A stretch of DNA of 64,000 nt from an uncultured Candidatus Rokubacteria bacterium (GTDB taxonomy: Bacteria > Methylomirabilota > Methylomirabilia > Rokubacteriales > DASRDR01): positions 128,001-192,000 of the forward strand of contig CAWGVS010000006.1 in NCBI GenBank assembly GCA_963826115.1, written 5' to 3'. A program made the position numbers and the translations under genes. Every line of letters starts with the position of its first letter. Position 1 is the first letter of the stretch. This document shows, in pieces, positions 51,021-60,666 of this stretch. The notes below the pieces were generated by a model. The model was not told the DNA's origin. It did no database searches and worked only from the letters and a program-made list of their open reading frames with translations.

Positions 51021-53009
51021 GTGGCGTCGCGGCCGGCCGCCGGCGCGACAGCGGGGGGGTCGATCCTGTCCAGCCCGTCGACCGCCCTCCGTGGCGCGCC
51101 CGTCGTGTACACGGCGATCAGCGGGGGCTACGACCGCCTCCGGGAGCAGCCGGCGGCCACGGCGGCGGGCGCCGACTTCGTCGCCTTCCTCGACGCGCCG
51201 GTCGAGTCCCGGACATGGCGGCGGCGCCCGATCCACGCCGAGTTCGACGACCCGGTGCGGAACGCGAAGATCCACAAGATCCTCTCGCATCGGTTCTTCC
51301 CGGACGCGGAGTACAGCCTCTGGCTCGACGGGTCCATCACTGCGCGCTTCACCGACTCGGTGGGCCGCCTGGTCGACAGGTTCCTCGCGGAGCACGACAT
51401 CGTGGTGTTCCAGCACTCGCGGCGCATCTGCGCCTACCAGGAAGGCAACGTCTGCCTGCAATTCGGCCTCGACGAGCCGGAGGCCATCTGGGAGCAGCTG
51501 TGCCGTTACACGCGCGAGGGGTTCCCTGCCAACGCGGGCCTGGCCGAGTGCCCCGTCATCCTGAGGCGGCACACCGCGGCCGTCCGTGCCTTCAACGAGG
51601 CGTGGTGGGACGAGATCGCGCGGGGCTCCCGCCGCGATCAGATCAGCTTTCCTTACGTCGCGTGGAAGCTCGGAATCTCGTACGCCACATTTCCCAAGTG
51701 CATCGAGAACAACGCGCTCTTCACCCAAGCCAAGCACGCCTCCGTCGTCCGACTTCGCGCCGGGCGACTGGCCAGGCGCCTGATCCGGTTGGAGAGCTGG
51801 GTACGGAGCCGCGCGAGCGTCGCCGGCGTCCGGCTGCGGGCTCGACTGTCGAGCCACGTCGCCGGCGCGTCCCGGTGGCCGGAGATCGCACTTCCGCCGG
51901 CGCCGGCCCGAGTCTCGGCGGATACCGGCCCCTCGTCGTTGGTTCGGCGCATCGAGCGGGAGGTCAGACGGGGGACGAGACGCGGCTGGCGCACCCGCAG
52001 GGCTCGCCGCGCGGCCCCCCGGTCCGTCGGCGTCCCGCGATCGGACGGATCGCGGCGACGCACCGTCGCATTCGGCCCTGTGCGTTCGCTGCCATCCTGG
52101 GATTGGGTCGGCTTCGACACGGCTCGTGAGCTGTCGCGGCACTACGACCTCGTGCTCTTCGATTCGTGGGCGGCTCGACCCCGGTGCGACGCCCTCGTCA
52201 TCGTCAAGGACCCGCCCCCGGCGTCCGTGCTGGCCGGGCTCGCACGCGGCCCGGAGCGGCTCGTCTACTGTCCGATCGACGTGTATAGCGCGCCGGCCGA
52301 CGTGGAGGGGGATGCTGATCTGCTCGGCGTCTGCGACCTGGTACTGGTGCACTCCGAACGACTGCGGCCGCTGGTGCAGCCGCATTGCCGCGCCGTCCAT
52401 TTCGTGGAGCACCATCTGCGCTATGCGCTTCCGACGCGGACCGAGCATCGCGAGGACGGCTACATCCTCTGGATCGGGGGCTTCCAGTACGTGCCCTACT
52501 TGCTCAGCTGGCTCGCGGATCACCCGCTCGAGCACGAGCTCCGGATCCTGTCCGATGTCGACAACCACCGAGCGCGGGATCGGGCCCACCTCCTGGCGGC
52601 CGACATCGGCACGCGCTTCACGATCTCGCCGTCCGGGCCGACCGTCGCGGGCTACCGCGTCGAGACGTGGTCCGAGCGGCGCCAGGCGGAGATGATGCGG
52701 GAGTGTCGGGCCGCCCTCGACGTCAAGGCGACCAGTCGCTTCAACCAGTACTACAAGCCACCGCCCAAGGCCCAGCAGTTCGTGGCCTCGGGGATCCCGT
52801 TCGCCGTCAACGCGGAGAGCTACTCGGCCGAGTACTTCCGCTCACGAGGCTTCGAGGTGGCGTCGCCCCTCGATCCCGGTCGATGGCTCTCCCGGCGCTA
52901 CTGGGAAGAGAGCTGCGCCTGGAGCGACCGGTGGCGGACCGGACTGTCGCTCGACGCGGTGGGGGCCCGGTACCGGGATCTCCTCGAGGCCCTTTGGCCC
53001 GGCGGGTGA
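51021..53009 (+). CDS. DUF616 (TOD1/MUCI70-like) glycosyltransferase fused to a second GT-like domain
   Basis: VVYTAISGGYD, YSLWLDGS, RRDQISF; C-terminal Rossmann-like region (YCPID, WIGG, KPPPKAQQFVASGIPF). Confidence 0.75.
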   Translation: MASRPAAGATAGGSILSSPSTALRGAPVVYTAISGGYDRLREQPAATAAGADFVAFLDAPVESRTWRRRPIHAEFDDPVRNAKIHKILSHRFFPDAEYSLWLDGSITARFTDSVGRLVDRFLAEHDIVVFQHSRRICAYQEGNVCLQFGLDEPEAIWEQLCRYTREGFPANAGLAECPVILRRHTAAVRAFNEAWWDEIARGSRRDQISFPYVAWKLGISYATFPKCIENNALFTQAKHASVVRLRAGRLARRLIRLESWVRSRASVAGVRLRARLSSHVAGASRWPEIALPPAPARVSADTGPSSLVRRIEREVRRGTRRGWRTRRARRAAPRSVGVPRSDGSRRRTVAFGPVRSLPSWDWVGFDTARELSRHYDLVLFDSWAARPRCDALVIVKDPPPASVLAGLARGPERLVYCPIDVYSAPADVEGDADLLGVCDLVLVHSERLRPLVQPHCRAVHFVEHHLRYALPTRTEHREDGYILWIGGFQYVPYLLSWLADHPLEHELRILSDVDNHRARDRAHLLAADIGTRFTISPSGPTVAGYRVETWSERRQAEMMRECRAALDVKATSRFNQYYKPPPKAQQFVASGIPFAVNAESYSAEYFRSRGFEVASPLDPGRWLSRRYWEESCAWSDRWRTGLSLDAVGARYRDLLEALWPGG

Positions 53010-53040
53010 GGGGCGACGACGGGGCCGGAGAGGGCGCCGA

Positions 53041-54342
53041 CTAGGTCACGGGGGGCGTCTTGAGTCGCACGAGCCTCAGCGCGGGCACCGGTCGCGCGAA
53101 TCCCTTGAGGGAGAGCGGCGCGAGCTCCTCGACCTCCCCGAGTTCCTCGAGCTCCGCGGCGAGCCGTGCCGAGGCCAGGATCTCGCCGGCCTTGGCCTCG
53201 CCACAGAGACGCGCGGCGAGGTTGGTCACCGTGCCGATCGCGCCGTAGTCCCACCGGCCCTCGAACCCGATCCCGCCGATGGTGGCGAAGCCCTTGGCGA
53301 TGCCGATTCCGAGGCCGAGATCGTACCCGAGGCGCCGCCACTTGCCGGCCAGCGACGACACCCGCTCCTGCATCGCCGCCGCCATGCGAGCCGCCCGGAC
53401 ACCGGCGTCGGGCACCGGGAGCGGGTCGTTGAAGAACACCATCATCCCGTCGCCGGTGAAGCGCTCGAGCGTGCCCTCGTGGGCGAGGATCAGCTTGCCC
53501 ATCTCGGCGTGATACTCGCGCAGGACTCCCATGACCTCCTCGGGCTCGGCCGTCTCTGCAAACGCAGTGAAGCCACGCAGATCGAGGAAGACGACGGTCA
53601 CCTCGCGGCGGTGGGTCTTGAGCGGGTCGTCGGCTCCTCCGCGGATGATGAGCTCGGCGAGCTGCGGTGAGAAGAAGCGCTTGAGGCGACCGAGCCGGTC
53701 GACCATCTCGTAGGTCCGCGCATTGTCGATGGCCGTGGCGGCTTGATTGCTGACGATGCGCAGCAGGACCTCATCGAGCTCGTCGAACGCATTGGGCTTG
53801 GAACTCTCCACGGCGAGCACGCCAACCAGCCGGTCCTTGACGAGCAGGGGCAGCGCGAGCTGACTCTGCACGTCCGGGAGACCGGGCAGGGCCACCACGT
53901 CGTCTCCGGCCGGCGCCTGACCCGCCGCCTGCATGCGGGCCCGGATCGCCTGCAGGTACCGGAGGCTGACGCCGACGTTCCCGACGCGCATGGGCATGCG
54001 CCGTTCCGCCACGACACCGATCACCCCCTCGCCTATCCGGATGCGCGCGGTGGCGGCGGGTTGCGCGTAGCCGCGGGTCGCGGCGACCACGAGCGCGTCA
54101 CCCGCCGGCTCAGCGAGGAGGAGCATCGAGTGGCGAAACCCGAGGACCCGCTCCATGGCGCCGAGAACGATCTCCAGGACCTCACCGAGATCGAGCGTGG
54201 AGGTGATCTCGGTGGAGATCTGCTGGATGATGTGGACGTCGTTCGTGCGCTTCGCGAGATCGTGATTGAGGCGGTCGATCGTCTCCTGGTTGCGCGCGAT
54301 CTCCTCGCGGAGGTGGGTCGACTCCGGATCCTCCGCGCTCAT
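53041..54342 (-). CDS. GAF domain class III adenylate/guanylate cyclase
   Basis: N-terminal coiled coil, GAF (GEGVIG, PLLVKDRLVGVL), FLDLRGFT, FTGDG, DYGAIGTVTNLAARL. Confidence 0.93.
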   Translation of the reverse strand: MSAEDPESTHLREEIARNQETIDRLNHDLAKRTNDVHIIQQISTEITSTLDLGEVLEIVLGAMERVLGFRHSMLLLAEPAGDALVVAATRGYAQPAATARIRIGEGVIGVVAERRMPMRVGNVGVSLRYLQAIRARMQAAGQAPAGDDVVALPGLPDVQSQLALPLLVKDRLVGVLAVESSKPNAFDELDEVLLRIVSNQAATAIDNARTYEMVDRLGRLKRFFSPQLAELIIRGGADDPLKTHRREVTVVFLDLRGFTAFAETAEPEEVMGVLREYHAEMGKLILAHEGTLERFTGDGMMVFFNDPLPVPDAGVRAARMAAAMQERVSSLAGKWRRLGYDLGLGIGIAKGFATIGGIGFEGRWDYGAIGTVTNLAARLCGEAKAGEILASARLAAELEELGEVEELAPLSLKGFARPVPALRLVRLKTPPVT

Positions 54343-54370
54343 GCGTCGGCTCGGGGGACGGGTCGCGAGG

Positions 54371-54808
54371 TCAACGGTCCGCTCGCGGGATCTGCGACAG
54401 GGGGATCCGCTCGCCGCTGGTCTTTGCGACCGACACCACGCGGAAGATGTCGGCAGCCCTGAGCTTGAAGATGCCCTTCATGCCGACGAGGGACGCGATG
54501 GCCTCGATCTGCATGCTCATGGCGTCGAAGATCGGCCCGCTGGTCTCCGAGTGATCGAAGGCCAGCTCGAGATCCCAGGTCTCGAAGGTGTCCGGGTGGA
54601 TCAGCCAGACAGCAGCCTTGGGATTCTCCTCGATGTTGCGCTTGGTCTTGTTGAAGAACTGGTGCGATAGCGCGACGTGGTCGCCATCGACGTAGTAGAC
54701 CTGGGAGATGACGCTGGCATTGGGCGTCCCGTCGGCTGAGCACGTCACGACGTGCGAAGGGATCACCCCTTGCATCGCGGCCTTGATCTCGCCGGGTAGC
54801 TTGGCCAT
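54371..54808 (-). CDS. Pyridoxamine 5'-phosphate oxidase-like (FMN-binding split barrel) protein
   Basis: VTCSADGTPN, FFNKTKRNIEENP. Confidence 0.85.
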   Translation of the reverse strand: MAKLPGEIKAAMQGVIPSHVVTCSADGTPNASVISQVYYVDGDHVALSHQFFNKTKRNIEENPKAAVWLIHPDTFETWDLELAFDHSETSGPIFDAMSMQIEAIASLVGMKGIFKLRAADIFRVVSVAKTSGERIPLSQIPRADR

Positions 54809-54820
54809 CCGGTCGCCGTC

Positions 54821-55288
54821 CTACGAGAGTCGAGTCCCCGCACCGGGGCCGGGGGTCTGGAGGAACACCTCCTCAGCCCTGAAGGTGACGGCGACACTCG
54901 GCACGTATGCGAACCCTTGCGTGAGCGCCCAGGCAATCTCCTCGGGGAAGCCCGCCCTTCGGGCATCGGCGAGCAACGCCTTCCGGTAGGTCTCTTGCCG
55001 GGTAAGATCGTCGGCATCGGTGGGCCGGGTGGCAAGGTAGGTGCCCTTCAGCTGGTACGCCTCGTGCGAGGCCTGAGCGATGCCGAGGGCGACCCGGCCG
55101 TTGGACTCGAGATGGGGCAGGATGCGCGCGGCCCGGGCAGTCGGGACCAGGACCGTCACCGTCTGGCGGTCCTCGTGGACCGTAGCGCCGATGGCGTAAG
55201 TGTGCGCCGGCCGCAGACTTTCGTCCCGGGTCCCGATCTGCACGAACGACGGACCGGAGAGCATCTCGATGACGCGATTCGGAATCAT
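54821..55288 (-). CDS. Second PNPOx-like split-barrel protein
   Basis: IGTRDESLRP, LESNGRVAL, HEAYQLKG, FLQTPGPGAG; GGAGG RBS and TACAAT -10 at 55310-55315. Confidence 0.75.
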   Translation of the reverse strand: MIPNRVIEMLSGPSFVQIGTRDESLRPAHTYAIGATVHEDRQTVTVLVPTARAARILPHLESNGRVALGIAQASHEAYQLKGTYLATRPTDADDLTRQETYRKALLADARRAGFPEEIAWALTQGFAYVPSVAVTFRAEEVFLQTPGPGAGTRLS

Positions 55289-55399
55289 GCGCCCCTCCCT
55301 CCCAATCGAATTGTAACCGAGCGCGGGACGCTTCGCGTCGGCGTGACCGCGGGCGAGTGCGGGAGCGGGGCCGGCGCACCCGCCCGAACCGCGCGCGGG

Positions 55400-56263
55400 C
55401 TAGCCCTTCAGGCCGGTGAGGGCGACGGACTCCATGATGCGGCGCCGCAGGATGATGAACGCGATCAGCATCGGCACCGTGTTGAGCACCGAGGCGGCGC
55501 TCAGCAGGTGGTATTCGGTCGTGAAGCGGAACTGGAACGTCGAGAGCCCGATCTCCATCAGGAACATGTCCTTCTGCGACGCCATGAGCAGCGGCCAGAT
55601 GAAGGCGGACCACGCCTGGATGAAGGCCAGGATGCCGATCGCGCCGATGGCGGACGAGCAGAGCGGGACGATGATGCGGAGGAAGATCCGGAGCTCGGAG
55701 GCGCCGTCCACGCGGGCCGCATCCAGAAGCTCGTCGGGAATCCCGTGGGCGATGTGCTGCCGCATCAGGAAGATGCCGAAGCTCATGATCAGGTACGGCG
55801 CCGCGATGCCCTGGTAGGTGTTGATCCAGCCGAACGACTTCATGGTGAGGTAGAGCGGGATCATGTAGGTCTCGAACGGGAACATCGCGGAGGCGAGGAT
55901 CACGAGGAACAGGACCTTCTTGCCCGGGAACTGGTACTTCCCGAAGATGAAGCCGGCGAGCAGCGACGTCGCGATGACCATCAGGGTGGCGCCCACCGAG
56001 ACGAGGAGGCTGTTGAAGAAGAAGCGGACGAAGGGCGCCGCCTCCATCACCTTGGGGTAGTTCGACCAAGTCCAGTTGATAGGGAACACCCGCGGCGGCC
56101 ACAGCATCGTCTCGTCGGCCGGCTTGAAGGACGTCCCGACCATCCAGAGGTAGGGGAAGAGCATCACGACGCAGCCGGCGATGAGCACGGCGTGCGTCAG
56201 GAGCGGCATGCCGGCCCGCCGCCACCACGTGTCCCGGGCGCGTCGCACGGCCATCGCGCTCAC
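55400..56263 (-). CDS. Carbohydrate ABC transporter permease (MalG-type)
   Basis: IPDELLDAARVDGA EAA loop; 6 TM segments. Confidence 0.93.
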   Translation of the reverse strand: MSAMAVRRARDTWWRRAGMPLLTHAVLIAGCVVMLFPYLWMVGTSFKPADETMLWPPRVFPINWTWSNYPKVMEAAPFVRFFFNSLLVSVGATLMVIATSLLAGFIFGKYQFPGKKVLFLVILASAMFPFETYMIPLYLTMKSFGWINTYQGIAAPYLIMSFGIFLMRQHIAHGIPDELLDAARVDGASELRIFLRIIVPLCSSAIGAIGILAFIQAWSAFIWPLLMASQKDMFLMEIGLSTFQFRFTTEYHLLSAASVLNTVPMLIAFIILRRRIMESVALTGLKG

Positions 56264-57218
56264 GCGCCCTCGTCGACGCGGATGACCTTGAACTGGACCA
56301 GCGTGAGCGCCAGGATGATCAGCGTCAGCACCACCGCCTCCGCCGAGGCGTAGCCCATCTTGAAGAACTGAAAGCCGTTCTGATAGATGTCGGTGACCAG
56401 CACGCGCAGCTGTGCGCCCGGCGCCGCCTGGGATCCCTGCGTCATCACGTACACCTGGGTGAACACGTTGTAGGCGTTGATGGTGGACACGACGATCACG
56501 AAGAGGAGGATCGGCCGGAGGAGCGGCAGCGTGATCCGCCGGAACATCCGCCAGCCGAAGGCGCCGTCGATCGACGCCGCCTCATAGAGCGACGCCGGGA
56601 TGTTCTTCAGCCCGACCAGGAGCAGGATCATGTTGTAGCCCAGCACCTTCCAGACGCTCATGATGATGATCGACCAGATGGCGACATCGGGCGACGTCAG
56701 CCACCCCACCGGCGAGATGCCGAACCACGACAGGAGGTAGTTCAGGATGCCGATGCGCGCGTCGAAGATCCACTTCCACGCGATCGCCATCGGCACCATC
56801 GGCGTGATGACCGGTAGGAAGTAGATGGCCTGGTACGCGGCCGTGAAGCGGAGCTTGCCGGCCAGCAGGACCGCGAGCGCGAGACCCACGACGACCGACA
56901 ACACCACCACAGCCACGGCGAACAGCGTGGTGTTGTAGAGCGCCATCAGGAAGTTCGGGTCGTCGAGGAGGTCGCGGTAGTTCGCCAGCCCCACCCAGGG
57001 CTTCAGCGGCCGGATGAGGTGCCAGTCGTGGAAGGAGAGGTAGAACGTCTTGCCGATGGGCTCGAGCCGGAGGACCCAGTAGATGACGAAGATCGGCAGG
57101 AGGCCGAGATAGCAGAAGCGGTACTTCGCGAGCGTCAGGCGGTTCAGGCGGAGCGTGGCCGTGACCTCGACGCGGGCCCCGCCGCCCGGGTCGCAGGCGG
57201 CGGGACGGTCCGCGTCAC
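56260..57218 (-). CDS. Carbohydrate ABC transporter permease (MalF-type); start uncertain
   Basis: LYEAASIDGA loop. The frame stays open upstream of 56994 through TM1 (YRFCYLGLLPIFVIY...) but has no in-frame ATG/GTG/TTG. Confidence 0.88.
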
Positions 57219-57240
57219 GAGGGAGCGTCGGTCTTATGTT

Positions 57241-58608
57241 TTAGTCGGTGCCGTAGAGGCCGGCCTTCTTCAGGAGCTCGTCGCTCTGCGCGGCCATGTC
57301 CTTCATGACCTTGGCGACGCCCGCTGGATTGTCGAGGAGCGACTTGTCGGCGTAGGCGGTGACCAGGCGGTCCGCCATCCGGCTCTCGATCTCGTCCCAG
57401 AGCGGCAGCGCGGGCTCGGCGTAGATCTGGCGGGCCTTGTCCCACACGACGAAGGCCTTGTACTGCGGCGTCTCCTTGAGGAGGGGCGCCCAGTCGACGT
57501 CCTGGCGCAGGGAGAGCCAGCCGACCTCTCTGGTCAGTTTCAGCGCCATCGGCGGGCTCACCAGGAACTGGGCGAAGTCCCAGGCCGCCTCCATGTTCTT
57601 CCCCTTGGACACGTAGATGCTCCACGGCTGGGTCATGCCGCCCCAGCGCTTCGGCCCTCGTGGAACGGGCGCCGTCATGTACTCGACCTTCGGTCCCTTC
57701 TCCTTCAGGGTCCCGATGACGTCTGCCTCGCGCATGTGCATCGCCGCCTGCTCGCTGACGAAGGCGTTGGTGTCCCGCGGCAGCTTCTGGTCGTCGACCT
57801 TGTACTTGTGGACGGCGTCGATGTAGAACTTCAGGGCCGCCCGCCCGGCGTCGTTGTCGTAGTTGTTGTGCCACTTGCCCGACTTGGTCTGGACGATCGG
57901 ATCGCCGCCCATGGCGTAGAGCACGTACCAGAACTTCTCGCAGACGCCCGAACCTTGGCCCACCAGCCGGAGCGTGATGCCGGCGCGCGTCGCGTTGCCG
58001 GCGGCGTCCCGCTTCGTGAGCTTCTGCGCGTACGCCAGGAGCTCGTCGAAGGTCGCCGGCGGCTTGTTGGGATCGAGTCCCGCCTCCTTGAACATCTTCG
58101 TGTTGTAGTAGAGCGCGGGCTTGGAACCCTCCAGGAACGGGACACCGTAGACCTGGCCCTTCCACGTGATGTACTCGATCGTCACCGGGTGGAAGGCCTT
58201 GCTCTTCAGGAGCGACATCACCTTCGGGGGGTCCGGCGGCAGGAGGTTCGCGTCGATCAGGGTGAGCGCGATGTTGCGCGAGACGTCGAAGAGATCGGGG
58301 CCCGTGTCCGTGGGGATCGCGGCGGCGATCTTCTGCTCCATGCCGCGGAGCTCGCTCGAGAGCGTCTCGAGCTTGAAGCCGGGATTCTTCTTCGCGTACT
58401 CCTCGCCGGCCTTCTTGTAGAACTGCTCGATCTCGGGGAAGCCCGTCCAGATGCTCAGGGTCACGGGCGCGGCCACGCTGATGCGCGGGCGCAGCGCGGT
58501 CACGCTGGCCGCGCCGGCCAGGCCTGCGCCGGTGCTCTTGAGGAACGATCGCCGGGAGATGCCCGAGGCGGTCTGCTGGGGTTTGGTCGACCGGCTGCGC
58601 TGTTTCAC
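57241..58608 (-). CDS. Sugar ABC transporter substrate-binding protein, Tat-exported
   Basis: SRRSFLK twin-arginine signal, GPDLF, LYYNTKMF, PPATFDEL. Confidence 0.92.
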   Translation of the reverse strand: MKQRSRSTKPQQTASGISRRSFLKSTGAGLAGAASVTALRPRISVAAPVTLSIWTGFPEIEQFYKKAGEEYAKKNPGFKLETLSSELRGMEQKIAAAIPTDTGPDLFDVSRNIALTLIDANLLPPDPPKVMSLLKSKAFHPVTIEYITWKGQVYGVPFLEGSKPALYYNTKMFKEAGLDPNKPPATFDELLAYAQKLTKRDAAGNATRAGITLRLVGQGSGVCEKFWYVLYAMGGDPIVQTKSGKWHNNYDNDAGRAALKFYIDAVHKYKVDDQKLPRDTNAFVSEQAAMHMREADVIGTLKEKGPKVEYMTAPVPRGPKRWGGMTQPWSIYVSKGKNMEAAWDFAQFLVSPPMALKLTREVGWLSLRQDVDWAPLLKETPQYKAFVVWDKARQIYAEPALPLWDEIESRMADRLVTAYADKSLLDNPAGVAKVMKDMAAQSDELLKKAGLYGTD

Positions 58609-58718
58609 GTCTTGCCCTCCCGGCTCGTCGCGTTGTGGACACGCGTCCCGTCCGCCCGTCCGGGCGACGTCGGTGTCTGCACATCGGGCCTCGCTCGGTC
58701 GGAAGAGGACGCACGCGG

Positions 58719-58748
58719 ACTGTAATCCGCCGCGGAGTGGGGTGTCAA
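58719..58748 (-). promoter_or_regulatory. Sigma70 promoter of the sugar ABC operon
   Basis: TTGACA-18 nt-TACAGT on the minus strand. Confidence 0.55.
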
Positions 58749-58859
58749 TGTGGCCACCGGTGACGCGCCCGGTGCGGACCCCGCGGCCCCGCGGTTCGGG
58801 GTGCTAGAATGGCGCCGCTTCAAGGTGTCGTCAGGACCATCCACCCCGGAGGGCTCGAC

Positions 58860-59678
58860 ATGCTGTTGCGCAACAAGGTCGCGGTCGTCACCGGCTCGGG
58901 CCGCGGCATCGGCCGGGGCATCGCGCTCCGCTTCGCCCGGGAGGGCGCGCGAGTGGTCGTCAACGACCGGGACGACGACGTGGCCGCGCGGACGGCCAAG
59001 GAGATCCGCGAGGCGGGCGGCACGTGCCTCGAGGTGCCGGCCGACGTCAGCGTGGAGGCCGAGGTCACGCGGCTCTTCGACGAGACGCTGCGCGCCTTCG
59101 GCACGCTCGACGTTCTCGTCAACAACGCGCAGATGTTCGTCAACCGAGGGGAGAACGGCGCCTTCCTCGCCATGACGAGCGCGGGCTGGGACGCCTACGT
59201 CCGCGCGAACATGGGCATCCTCTTCTACTGCACGCACCAGGCGGCTCGAATCATGGCCCGGCGCGGTGTGCGCGGCAGCATCATCAACATCAGCAGCAAC
59301 GGCGCCAACCGCGTCCACCGGAACCTGATCGCGTACGACTCGGTGAAGGGCGCCATCGACACGTTCACGCGGGCCGTCGCCGTCGACCTCGCGCCCTGGG
59401 GCATTCGCGTGAACGCGCTCCGCCCGGGCATGATCGCCGTCGACTACTGGGACGGGCTGTCGGAGCCGGAGAAGGCCAGGCGGATCGCGGCGATCCCGAT
59501 CGGGCGCGAGGGCCGGCCGGCCGACATCGCCTGGGCCGCCCTCTTCCTGGCGGCCGACGACGCGGGGTTCGTCACCGGGCAGAACTTCGAGGTCGACGGG
59601 GGCATGCTGACGCCGGGGCGCTCCGCGCAGGCCGAGCTGGGTCCCGTCAACACGCCGGAGAACGTCGGGGAGTTCTAG
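58860..59678 (+). CDS. SDR family oxidoreductase (FabG-like)
   Basis: TGSGRGIG, NNA, YDSVK, GIRVNALRPG, VTGQNFEVDGG. Confidence 0.92.
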   Translation: MLLRNKVAVVTGSGRGIGRGIALRFAREGARVVVNDRDDDVAARTAKEIREAGGTCLEVPADVSVEAEVTRLFDETLRAFGTLDVLVNNAQMFVNRGENGAFLAMTSAGWDAYVRANMGILFYCTHQAARIMARRGVRGSIINISSNGANRVHRNLIAYDSVKGAIDTFTRAVAVDLAPWGIRVNALRPGMIAVDYWDGLSEPEKARRIAAIPIGREGRPADIAWAALFLAADDAGFVTGQNFEVDGGMLTPGRSAQAELGPVNTPENVGEF

Positions 59679-59716
59679 CGCCGCCTCCCGCCGGCGGGAG
59701 GGGAAGGGGGCGTCCC

Positions 59717-60589
59717 GTGACGCGAGTGGAGCTGGTTGCGGTGATGCCCCTCGCCGCCGGCGTCGACGACGCGGTCGTGGACGCGCTCGACGCCGCGATG
59801 CGGCGGTTCGCGATCGACACGCCCGCGCGGGCGGCCGCCTTTCTCGCCCAGCTCGCCCACGAGTCCGGGCAGCTCCAGCGCTGGACCGAGAACCTCGACT
59901 ATCGCTGGGAGCGGCTTCGCCAGGTGTTTCCGCGCTACTTCCCGACCGACGCGGAGGCCCGGGCCTTCGACCGGAGCCCGGAGCGCATCGCGAACCGCGT
60001 GTACGCGGGTCGGATGGGGAACGGCCCGGAGGCGAGCGGCGACGGGTGGCGCTATCGTGGCCGCGGCCCCATCCAGCTCACGGGCCGGGACAACTACCGC
60101 GCCTGCGGGGCGGGGATCGGACTGGACCTCGCCGCGGAGCCGGAGCTCCTGACGACGCCCGGCGCGGGCTGTCTCGCGGCCGCGTGGTTCTGGGCGCGGA
60201 ACGGCCTCAACGCGCTGGCGGACGCCGGCGACTTCGTCGCGATCACGCGCAAGATCAACGGCGGCGTCGCCGGGCTCGCCGAGCGGCAGGCGTTCTGGGC
60301 CCGCGCCAAGGCCGCGCTCGGCGTACCGGCCGCCGCTCCGGCGGCGGCGCGGCGCCCGGCCCGTCCCGCGGCGGCCCGCCCGAGGGCCGGTCGCCGGAAG
60401 ACCGGGCGCCGTCGTCGCGCCAAGGCGCCGACGCCGGCTTCCTCCGAAGGGCGGGCGCGTCGCGCCGCGAAGCGGACGCCGGCGAAGCGCGCCCGGCGCC
60501 GCCGTGCGCCGACGCGCGGGACGAGTGGCGCGCCCAGCCCCCGACGCCGGCGGGCCGGATCGGCGCGCTCGCGACGCCGGCGCGCCTGA
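59717..60589 (+). CDS. Glycoside hydrolase family 19 (endolysin/chitinase-like) with Arg-rich C-terminal tail
   Basis: AAFLAQLAHESG, ANRVYAGRMGNG, YRGRGPIQLTGRDNY, ITRKINGG. Confidence 0.9.
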   Translation: MTRVELVAVMPLAAGVDDAVVDALDAAMRRFAIDTPARAAAFLAQLAHESGQLQRWTENLDYRWERLRQVFPRYFPTDAEARAFDRSPERIANRVYAGRMGNGPEASGDGWRYRGRGPIQLTGRDNYRACGAGIGLDLAAEPELLTTPGAGCLAAAWFWARNGLNALADAGDFVAITRKINGGVAGLAERQAFWARAKAALGVPAAAPAAARRPARPAAARPRAGRRKTGRRRRAKAPTPASSEGRARRAAKRTPAKRARRRRAPTRGTSGAPSPRRRRAGSARSRRRRA

Positions 60590-60666
60590 CCGAGCGGCCC
60601 GTGTCCCCGCGCGGGCCGGCCACATGGTTTGGCGACCCCGTGAAGGCGGCCTGCTAGCATCGGGCC

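Noticed and set aside
59717-60589. Prophage remnant around the GH19 gene
   Set aside because: Flanks are an SDR and a desaturase; no holin, spanin, structural or integrase genes.
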